This document shows, in pieces, positions 53,424 through 64,000 of a stretch of DNA of 64,000 bases; within the stretch, counting starts at the first letter, position 1, and the number at the start of each line of letters is the position of its first letter. Both the position numbers and the translations under genes were made by a program. Below the pieces are notes generated by a model. It searched no databases and had not been told where the DNA came from. It saw only the letters and a list, made by a program, of their open reading frames with translations. The stretch is from NCBI GenBank assembly GCA_002633005.1, contig NMRA01000012.1, positions 335,479-399,478 on the forward strand. Reading direction: 5' to 3'. Source of the DNA: Phoronis australis. Taxonomy: Eukaryota; Animalia; Phoronida.

Positions 53424-53600
53424 CAAGGTACCTAAACTACACGGTCAACGGACTCATAAACACAAGCATGGACACATGAACACGACCTGCAAACACCGTC
53501 CACTGACTCACAAACACGGGAACGGAGTCACAAAACACGATCCACGCACCCAAATACACGGGACACGGACTCATATTCACGAGGAAACACCGTTAATGGA
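53424..53600. mobile_element. Solo arm of the foldback MITE at 32717-33167
   Basis: Near-identical to 32717-32900. Confidence 0.8.
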
Positions 53601-54278
53601 GTAACCAAGCATCGCTAGCTGCGCCTGTGGGAACTTTAATGAAATCCGGCCTAGTTGCTAACGAGATCCAATTAACAGTAATGCCTTAGTTTAGTCCAAT
53701 ATAAAGCAGTTTGTCAACTCATTGGTAAAACTCTTTTAAGCATAAAAACTGGTCACCCTTTCACCTCATAGGTTACAACAACATGAGACATCCCATGTCG
53801 ATAGATGAAATTAAGTAAAGAATATACTTTGTTCAGACCTTATTAACACCGTTAACAGGTGTGGATTACTGGTATTATTGCACTGACATTTTCCAAATTG
53901 CAAAACTGATTATCTGTGAATTAGGTGAGGCAAGAAGTTCCCACAAATATCCTCGAGCAAAATAAGTCAGGAACAAAATATTTTTTCAAATAATTTTGCG
54001 TGTGTGAGATGAGGTGGGTGTGCAAAATAAGTGGAGAATTACTATACAACTGAAGATCATTTGAAACTTCATTCATGGTCATGCTTTTGCCCACAACACA
54101 GTAATGTGACTAGATTATCAACCAATCAAAACAGGATCTTGGGCTACTCTCCATGACCTTGTGACCTAATAAGTCAGCCTACATCACACATGCAGCACAC
54201 ATGAATGCTAAGTAGGAGCTCAGGTACTGAAAGAATGTAGAGAGCAAGACTTATGGATGATAACTTGCAAAGCATGGT

Positions 54279-54435
54279 AATTGACCTATCGCCAGGACTT
54301 TGAGTGACAGCTTAAGTGACCAATCAGAACGCAGCATTCTTGACACACCTTCGTTTCCAAGCCACCATTTTACCCGACAAAAATTGTTTGTTTGTCGACA
54401 TAAGGCAAGGGGGTGGAATTTGCGATAGGCCAATT
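54279..54435. mobile_element. MITE copy 2 (TIR AATTGACCTAT)
   Basis: aattgacctatcgc...gcgataggccaatt; homologous to 21872-22058. Confidence 0.7.
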
Positions 54436-54974
54436 CTTCCCTTTCTCAGGAACAATTCAGAGAATCTGCAAAAAATTGTGGGATATCGTGGATGGCAAGG
54501 AGATCACAGGCTTAACATGAATCCTGGATGGTCACATTATAACATATGTTATAATAACCACAAATTAAAACAATTCTATTCCTTCAAAGACAAGAGCAAC
54601 GCAGAGCATTGAAATGCGCCCACAATTGCACCGCATACGGTATCCTTCTAGGGTTGTTTATTGGTACCATAAAGTGGCCAGTAGAGGGCATATATGTAGT
54701 ATGTTGTACTTTGCAAAATGGAAAGGCATGGTCATTGTCTCCTCAATAGGCTAGGGGCAAAATGTGAGTAATCTTCATAATACAAGCACATCCTATACAC
54801 CAGTTGCTTAAAGCACCACAGAAACATAGAATTAAAAACAAATTTACCAACATACGAGATTAGCACAGCATTAGAATGCCAGAAACAAATTTCTACTTGG
54901 AACTTTTCCTTCACAGTCACGAAGTAACACAAAGTATACACCTGAAGACCTATGAAAATACAGAGGTCAATGTA

Positions 54975-55645
54975 AAATACTAAAATTGCCACTAGAGGCA
55001 AATACTAAAATTGCCACTAGAGGCATACCGGTAATCAGAATCATCCTAAAGTCGTCATCGTCCGTTGTCAACATCACATAAATACACTTGCTAAATTTAG
55101 TAAAGATCCTGCAAACGGTTTGGGAGATACAGCCATGGGCGCAAAAAAACAAAACTGCCACTAGGAGGCGCCACAGTAGTCCAAATCGTCTGAAAATCAT
55201 TGTCAGCTGTCTTCCTTATAGTAAGCACATACACGCCAATTTTCACAATCATCCTTTGAGCGGTTTGGTTGATAGAGGGGTGGACGCAAAAATACAGACT
55301 CGAAAACAGTAAAAATGGCCACTAGGTGGCGCAAACTACGTCGAATCCATCTGAAAACAGTAGGATAGCGTCATCTCACTAATAGGTGCCTACATACCAA
55401 ATTTCATGAAAATCCGTTCAAAACTTTTGAAGATACAAAGGTAAGCGTAAAAAACTAAAATTGCCACTAGGGGGCACACCGGTAGTCGGATCCGTCCGAA
55501 AGTTCGCACATGCCGTCCCATTCATGAAAGGAAAATATGTGCCAAATTTCATGAACGTATGTCAAAGGGTTTTGGAGATAGAGCAGCGGACGCCGCCCGG
55601 ACAGAGATGACGGCATAATGCGTCCACATGTGGGCGCATAAAAAT
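54975..55645 (+). mobile_element. Helitron/Helentron-associated-like element made of about 150 bp diverged modules
   Basis: Modules aaaattGCCACTAG(R)GGC...ccaaatttcatgaaaatcc...gatac; terminal palindrome atgcgtccacatgtgggcgcat followed by aaaaat; relatives at about 48975-49460 and 50685-51005. Confidence 0.55.
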
Positions 55646-56937
55646 CAGTATGTATACAAAAATTTCAGGGTGCCGTATTGTAAGTTGCATGAAACAGAGG
55701 AGGTGCGTCAGTCCCATTTTCTGGTGCGACGGTCCCATTTGATCCCTGGAGGTCCTGTTTTGGGTGAGTCAGTCCGATTTAGAGGACTGGCGGTCATGTT
55801 GTTTCTCACCCGTGATATAGACTGTGCTCAGACGCCATAATCACTGAAAAATGTAGCGTATGTCTGGTACCGGATTCCTAACCATCCGCGGTGCTGGATA
55901 TTTAGCAATGGAAGTTAAAAAGACGGGTAACGGACGGCTAGTCGAGATCAGTAGCTTTTTAGACGTCTGATACTGGATGCCTATAGCCACAACCATCGAA
56001 TGCACTACCAGGCGAATAGCAATGTAAATTACAAGTCTGGTACTGGATGGCTAATTAAGATCCTAGCCTGTGTTATACGTCCGGTACCGGATGGCTAATC
56101 AAGATCCTAGCCTGTGTTATACGTCCGGTACAGGATGCCTAGCCACGAGCGTCGGATGCAATACCCGTTTGGTACCAGACAGCTAGTTACTACCTTCTTA
56201 ATTATGGTTATCACAACTGAAATTGATGACAGTAAGTGCTCAAAGATGCAGGTCATAAAGATTAATCAAATTGGGAAGTGTCCTGAGAAACTATTGCGCA
56301 CCACCCGCACTTGTTCAGTCGTTTAAGTTCCATGGGTGGCACAGCTATGGTGCGCTGCCCATGACTCATGAGTTCAGTTATGACTTTAAAAACCTGTAAA
56401 CCCATAATTTGGAAACTTACGGTAGCTTCAGTTTGGCGCAGGCAACAGTTTGGTTTACCAATCGCGCCACATTGAAGTGTACCAACAGTTTGACCCAGGC
56501 ATCAGTTTGGGCTGCAACAATTCATGCGTTGAAATGAATTTTGAACCACCTCTGAGGCTCTGAACCCCCAATATAAACGGTTTTTCAGTGAATTGATGAG
56601 GCTATTCAAATGTAACAGGAGTGCCCTGGACACGATTATATAATTAAGATATATGCGCCCTCTGGTCGTCAAGCTGTGCAATGCATACAGAATTTTCCTG
56701 ATTTTTGGGTCCTTTGGACATGACATGATCCTAGGAATTATGGACCTTGCCCTTCAGATCGTGTCTGAATGGTTGAAATTGTGTACTTAGCTTCATCTCT
56801 GAAGACACGAAGAGTCCAGTCGTAGAGTTCAAGAAGTTAACATCTACACTCTCACTCACACCAAATTCCTGTTGTGAAAGTGCTTCCGGTGAATCATATA
56901 ATATATGAGCCTCTGTTAGCCACTCGCTAACAGGCAT

Positions 56938-57150
56938 TTGCCTATTAACTGAATGATTAGCACGCTTGCCGGTTTTCATGGGGGTCGCTGGTTCGATTCC
57001 CGAGGTTGGGTAATCTTGGCTAATACTACATTCCAACTGTTCATGCTGCTTTTGGGCTCCTCCCGAACTTGGTTTCCCATGGTGTAGGCTCCAGTAATTC
57101 TGGGACTCCTCCCGAGCTTGACTGTTGTTCAAATTGCGGACCCATAACTT
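56938..57150 (+). mobile_element. tRNA-derived SINE
   Basis: Degenerate A-box (taactgaatgattagcacgc) and B-box (ggttcgattccc) followed by a non-tRNA body. Confidence 0.55.
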
Positions 57151-60073
57151 GCCCCCGTTTTTGCACATACAACTATCCGACTGACCTGCCCGTGTATCAG
57201 AACTGTATAAATCACAACACTGCGATACTAGATCATGGAAAAACTGGATTGCTTGTAAGTGTGAAATATGGTATTTATATATTCTTACAATAAACCTATG
57301 TATTATTCACCTATTTTCCGTTTTAATACACTCTGGCTCTGTCCGCACCGCCGGGCTCGTAAAATCGGGGCGCCTTGATCGTAGATACCGTCCCCGTTAC
57401 ACAAATAATTTATTGTGATGCTAACAGTGTTCTGATCTCTGGACCTTATTTAAAAAAAACATGTAAGATTTCTCAATTATCAATGAACAAAAAAGGTATT
57501 TTCTTGCTTCAATAACGTCAACCATACTCACACACATAGCAGAGAACCATAATGAGGCTTAATCCATTTTTTCGCCGTCTGGTGGTAGAAACTTAAACCA
57601 TTGGCCGATGGCTCAGAGAAGACACGAGAACTTGATTCGCTTTCGCTATGGCAGTCAAAGACGTTAACGGTCTCTGCTGTGGTTCATGACACGCGCAGCT
57701 AAGTTGTCCTCAGCCGCTATCTGGACAGGGCAATTGGGTTCAGCACAACTTTCATTTCCCATGAAATCGCGTTTCAACAAGAACGTCCAAAAGGCCACTG
57801 AAAGTCACAACTAGCTGAACGCGAGATATGTTGTACTAAAATCAAGCCTGGGCCTTCTATTTCAAAATAAAATTTACTACTGTTTCAATTAAAACATGTA
57901 ATCTAAAGCAGCATTTCGAAGTTGCCATTTGTCTTTTATAAAACGCACTATTGAGTGGCCATGTCATATGAAATCGACGCCGGTAACATTAAGTGCCGTG
58001 CTATACTGGCTGAACCGCCGGTTCTTTTGGCCAACATTAAGCCATAGGGTCTCAAAAACGCTTTATAGTTTATTGGAGTTCAACTAGCGGCCTAAAATTG
58101 CGAATTCCAAAGTGGCGGTATGTACGCATTAATTACCTGTAACAGAAACGCCGAGACATAGATTTATCTCAATGCCGGGACTTGGATGTTCACCGTGGGG
58201 CCGCCTATGACATGAACTTATCCGAGTAAAGTTGGGCGGTGAATTTTACCCCTCCTCGTCGCGACCATTTATACTCGCCGGTCGTTCGTCACCAATTGCC
58301 TATGATCGCCTTCAGGTTCACTCCCTCCACGCTAATTCCCTACGCGCACTGATATAGCACTAAAAGGAGCCAAGTTGATGCCAAGGAACCACTCCCATGA
58401 CAACTGAGAAAAGTAACGTTATCCTGGGATAAATGATTCTCTCTTCGTCATTTCAAACGATTAAATTACTGAAACAACGCAAAAGTATATTTACGACATG
58501 GAAAGTAATCCGGCGCAATTACTCGCTAGATAGAAAACTTAGTGTTACATTTTCCAGTACTTCAAATACGTTTATTACTATTAAGAATGGAAACAAAATC
58601 ATTTTAGATGTTTTGGAGTACTCAAATACCTACCACCAGCAAGCCAAGCGCAAGCGCCTAATTTCGTGCAGGCGCTGTTTCACATGCAGACGCAAAATAC
58701 ACGCAAAGCGGTCTATACGGTAGTAAATATTTTAAAATTTCTTATTAAGGGAAGTTAATGGGTGTGTGACTGTGAGCGTTAAGTTTTTGTGAATCATGCT
58801 AGTGGCTCCTGAAACGTATGAAAACGCATGGAAGTGAGGTCACAGTGACGCCAACCGCATTTCGAAGCCTGGCTTATTTACTCTCCAATCCAACCCTAGC
58901 GTGTTCTCTAAACAACAATGTGTGAGGTTACGAAGTAACGCATGCTCAATTAACGAAGACCACTAATAAAGTATCTTGCCAATAATTCGAAAAATTTCAA
59001 AGTGTTACAACTAAGTTTCAAAAGCTTTTTCGAAGTTCGCTAGAAACGAAACTGAAATACGGTTTTAGGTAAACATCGTATTGTGTTGCTCAAGAATTTT
59101 CTTCAACAAATGTCGGCTGAGTTCTAATACCTCCAGTGGCCACAGTTAGGCCTACCTCATCTCAGTACAGTAACTCCACACTGACACACACGCACCCATA
59201 CATACATATAAAACAAGGGCAAAAGAAAGATATCTACACTAACATGGACATTCTAAATCTTGTACCTTTTCGTTTATGTGTGTCAAGTACTCATCGCAAT
59301 ACCAAGAGTTACCATAAATCAGTTTCGATCGCAGATTCTCAGTTGCCTTGGTTGAGAGGAGTCGCCACGGTTGGGTACTTATAGTTGTATTTCGACTCTG
59401 TTTAAGCCCAAAACACGTTACATACGTCAAATGGAAAGGATATGACGTTGACCTTAAAGTTACCGGAGCTGAATTTGGCAAATGGGACTGCTAAAATCAA
59501 CCTTTTCGTGTTTCATACATCGAAATGAATCGTAATTTTTGATCCGGAAACTGAAAATCTTCAAAGCTACGTGTCCTCGCATTCTTGAACAATAATTAGG
59601 AAAAAAAAACTTTAACCGGGCCCCTGAAAGTTTCTGATCCGTGATTACTTGAAGCAAATACACGAGGCTTTGGGTTTTTGTACCCGGGATGAAAGATAAT
59701 GATTCGTTTTGACGACGCACAAAAATGTGTTCACTTAAATTTCTGCCAACTGGTTCGCCAAACTCGGGTCTTCTAGCAACTTTGAAGGGAGTGTCTTTTT
59801 ACTATCATGAATTTCGCTTTATTGGCTAAAAAGATGTACTGTCAAAATGGTTCTCAAGGGATATAAATGTAACTACTACCGAGAGCCGCAAGGGATGTAA
59901 ATGTAACTACTACCGAGAGCCGCAAACCATTCTCATAATCATTTCCTGTTGTCTTAATGCTGCAATATTTTTTTCAATTCAATTCATGTCACTTTTAGGG
60001 CCCATATCACTATTCTGGAAGATTCTCTTTTTCACTAGTACTGAGGCCATGGTCCATTTTTCCAAGTTCACTT

Positions 60074-60205
60074 TAATAGCGATACATTTTGACTATCCAA
60101 GTAGGCCTACACGGTGGATTAATAGCGATACTTTTTGACTATCCAAGTAGGCCTACACGATGGATTAATAGCGATACTTTTTGACTATCCAAGTAGGCAT
60201 ACACG
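60074..60205. repeat. About 46 bp repeat, 3 copies
   Basis: ttaatagcgatac(a/t)ttttgactatccaagtaggcctacacg. Confidence 0.85.
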
Positions 60206-61984
60206 GGGGATTTTTGGTGTCCCTGGTACACTACCTTAAGAGCTTTTTTTAAATCCATTGTTCTAACTTGGGTATGAAACTTGAGTTACAGTGGGGGTTA
60301 GTGGCACAGCGGGGATCTATGTACGCCACGCCCGCTACCAGGGTATGGTCTACTGACATACCGTGAATTATACGCTTACAAGGAAGTCACGCATTTCTAA
60401 AGATATGCGAGAATTTTCACCGCTCGTCCTTCTGAGCGGCTTGTACCAGGATCAAAGAGAGCGCTGCGCCGAAATCAGGTACAGTTGTGATGAAAGCACT
60501 GCCCGATATGAGCAAGACCCAATTAAACGTAATTATCCGACCTTAAACAGTATTATACATCTCTGACTGTACATAATCGCGAATTTTCAGAATGCATTAA
60601 CCAATAATTTTCGTTATAAACGAAAACCACGGCGGTATTCAGTTGGAAAAAACAACCAAGTACGGTTTTCGATTTTTAAAAATTGATAACTAATAATCTA
60701 AAAACTATAACCATTGGGTACAATTGAAGATAAACTACCGCGCATATTGATATACTCGCTGGATATACAAACGCTGATCAGAGTTAACAATATCATATGG
60801 ATTCATTTTTTAATATTCTTTCAATCTGGTTTAACCAGATTTTTGACCAGGAAACACTTGTTGTGCCCACTTTTCATTTTTATTACTGACAAAGAGCTAG
60901 AATAGTTATATAGTCAGTACCACCGAAATTGTCCAGAGATTCCAAATCTTCAGTTTGGTTATCACCATATGTGCACTTTTGTATATATTTGATGATTTGA
61001 GATCTAATAAAGATTAAACTTTAATGACACCTGCAATGTGTGTACCTGTAATGTGGTAAGTTTAGGGATGGGCTCACAATCAACTTAACTAATTAATAAG
61101 TTTAGCTGGCGATCAAAATCTACCACTGTTTTGGTACTTCAAGTTTAAAACTTAGATAAAAAGGTATCAACCCGTTCCCGGTAAGAAAAAAAAAAACAAG
61201 TGGGCAGAAGCATTAAAAATTAAATAAAGAAAACCAATGTGAAACTCATCGTTCCTTTGGGAAGTGGCCCTTTGTGAAGATAAACACAAGTTAACCTTTT
61301 TAGTCATTTTGTAATATTTATAATGTACCAAGTTAAAACTACTCTCCAGAGTTGCAGGCTATAACTGCAAATGTCAGAGAAAATCAAATTGGGGGTACTC
61401 AAAAACTACCATTGTTGAGACAGTAATGCTAGCCATTACCTTTCCACTTCATTAGCTCAGATCAACTTCAATACAAAGGGTGTGCTGAATAGACATTGTA
61501 AAAGTTCGCTGGGGCTTAGGGAATCAGAGTAGTCACCAGTGTAAGCGAGAAATTCTCCACATGATGACATTTATTTTGAATATCAAAACTTTGATTGATT
61601 TTTAAACACAATCTCCATAATCACATGAAAAAAGTTTCATGGGAGACCTTAATCATATGTTAGCCTACATGTGTCTGAGTTTCACTGAGAATGCAGTGCG
61701 TCGGTTCAATCATTACATATTTTACTGGGGCCTAATAGCGGATTTGCTATTCAAATGTGAAAATCTAAAACTTGCAGAATGTGAATTTGTTCAAGAAGCT
61801 ACCAATAGATGGCAGTACCACAATTGACCTATGGGTTAAAGGCTGTGACCCAGCTCGTCAGATATGCAGAAAATGTGAGTGGAAGTTGTGTGTGCACTCC
61901 GCAAAATATCTCCCGGCGTAGCCGGCAATAGGTCGCCGATTACTTTGCTTCTCTCAGTAACGACCATTCAAGGTTTTATTTAGA

Positions 61985-62076
61985 ATGCCGAAACGAAAGA
62001 AACGGGAAGAGGATGGCGGGGAAGGGGATCAAACTGTACCCCTCCCTGTCCAGTCGTTCCTTTGGCGCCAGACGAG
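61985..62076 (+). CDS. UNC80: First coding exon of UNC80 (NALCN channel complex subunit); the gene continues beyond the window
   Basis: MPKRKKREEDGGEGDQTVPLPVQSFLWRQT(S)|gtaagg closely resembles the UNC80 N-terminus as I recall it (MVKRK...IPLPIQTFLWRQTS); strong donor; CpG-rich surroundings. Confidence 0.88.
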
Positions 62077-63289
62077 GTAAGGTTAGCCTGCTCAGGACTG
62101 GTGAAACTTAAAACTGAGTTAGTGTTCTGGATTGAAGAGGCAACGTAATGACTCAGTAGTTGCCTTGTATCTTGTTCTGGTCCTAGCGCTTAAACTCATG
62201 AACAGCTGGGTGAAAATCGAACTGAAAATTGTCGACTTCACTGCTTCGGTAGGCTACTACTCGACCTACTGCAGCCTTGCACTTCACTTCGACTTTGCCT
62301 ACGGTGTGAGAACCGTGAGATGGTGAAGAAATGCACTTATAATATAAAACCTACTCGCTTATATAATGTCACCAGTTTAAAGCTACCATAACTGATTGTG
62401 ACCAAGAAAATATTGATAGGGTCTACATATCTGGCACCTCCTGATCCAGCTGTTTAGCCTTTAACTTTAAAACTTCACTAACTTGTTTACCAAAACCACT
62501 AGGTAAACTGATTTGTCTGAAATCGTTTGAATAAGCTGCCAGAGCTGTACAGTTGCAATAGTAGGCAAATGTGTTTGAACTCGATTTACAACTGACATAA
62601 AACTTGTTAGTTGGTTTGTCTTGACCTTTGAATTTCAAGACTGCTTTAATTATTTGTAGAACACTAAAGCTGTCGCAGAAAGCTAGTTGTTCTCTATGAA
62701 GAATTTTTGTAATTATTGCCCCCCATGGACAATAAAGGCTGGTTGAAATTTACAATTTAATTTATTAGAATGTGATTTATTTTGGTGCAGTGGAATTTTT
62801 TATCAATGTGAACATGAATGAACTGGTAAAGTTAACTCTGGTATTCCAAGTTCATGGGTATGTGATCTTGCAATCAAGTGGAAAATTAACCGTAGTTTAG
62901 GTAAGATTGATGGTCCTCATGGGTAACTTGCTGATAGAACTTTAGTGCCAGAAAAATGACTGAACACCGAGAGCTCAACTACTCTAGACTTTACTGTCAG
63001 TTAACTTAGTCCTTTTTTGACGTTCTTTTAAGTTTTTAGTTTGGCAATAAAGTTAAATTCAATTCTTGTATTACAAGTGCAATTTACCTGTTTAAAATTG
63101 TCCTGACAGCTATGTTCAGGGCGGAAACTTTTTGGTCAGGAGACCTTGAATTTGTATATTGAGAACAAAAAATGAATGAAAGATAATTGCAGTTGTGGTA
63201 GTGTATTTATGTGCAGTCTATTATGTTCACAGATAACTGTTTCCACACATATTGTGAAGCATACTTTATTTTATCGATGAAAATTAAAC

Positions 63290-64000
63290 CAGTTTCATTC
63301 CCATGACAATTCTGAACTGCATGTTGGCCCATACCATCAGTTTCATTCCCATGACAATTCTGAACTGCATGTTGGCCCATACCATCAGTTTCATTCCCAT
63401 GACAATTCTGAACTGCATGTTGGCCCATACCATCAGTTTCATTCCCATGACAATTCTGAACTGCATGTTGGCCCATACCATCAGTTTCATTCCCATGACA
63501 ATTCTGAACTGCATGTTGGCCCATACCATCAGTTTCATTCCCATGACAATTCTGAACTGCATGTTGGCCCATACCATCAGTTTCATTCCCATGACAATTC
63601 TGAACTGCATGTTGGCCCATACCATCAGTTTCATTCCCATGACAATTCTGAACTGCATGTTGGCCCATACCATCAGTTTCATTCCCATGACAATTCTGAA
63701 CTGCATGTTGGCCCATACCATCAGTTTCATTCCCATGACAATTCTGAACTGCATGTTGGCCCATACCATCAGTTTCATTCCCATGACAATTCTGAACTGC
63801 ATGTTGGCCCATACCATCAGTTTCATTCCCATGACAATTCTGAACTGCATGTTGGCCCATACCATCAGTTTCATTCCCATGACAATTCTGAACTGCATGT
63901 TGGCCCATACCATCAGTTTCATTCCCATGACAATTCTGAACTGCATGTTGGCCCATACCATCAGTTTCATTCCCATGACAATTCTGAACTGCATGTTGGC
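63290..64000. repeat. 48 bp homogeneous satellite, about 15 copies, running off the window (UNC80 intron 1)
   Basis: cagtttcattcccatgacaattctgaactgcatgttggcccataccat. Confidence 0.97.

Noticed and set aside
62013-62076. Alternative ATG frame MAGKGIKLYPS...
   Set aside because: The upstream ATG frame (61985) matches UNC80; this frame has no recognisable homology.
63207-63994. Repetitive 249 and 236 aa ORFs
   Set aside because: Translations of the 48 bp satellite.

Overview
Intron-rich, AT-rich animal (invertebrate-like) genomic DNA with three genes. (1) A complete + strand heparan-sulfate N-deacetylase/N-sulfotransferase (NDST/sulfateless), CDS 1481-25517, about 887 aa. (2) A complete convergent - strand long-chain acyl-CoA synthetase (ACSL1/5/6 type) with 18 coding exons, 51584-31045, about 689 aa. 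(3) The first coding exon of UNC80 (+ strand, 61985-62076), divergent from ACSL. Introns hold many minisatellites, MITE/foldback elements, a Penelope remnant and satellite modules carrying CTCF-like motifs. The main observation is that NDST carries two tandem, frame-incompatible, about 43%-identical copies of the exon encoding the deacetylase HxWxH motif (8244-8359 and 9142-9260), predicted to be mutually exclusive. Between them lie a polypyrimidine-AG|GTAAGT recursive-splice-like site (8796/8797) and a cluster of (T)GCATG motifs. Also noted: an in-frame uORF before the NDST start, and a GC-rich triple hairpin with a duplicated loop motif in an ACSL intron. All exon models were read by eye; no database searches were run.
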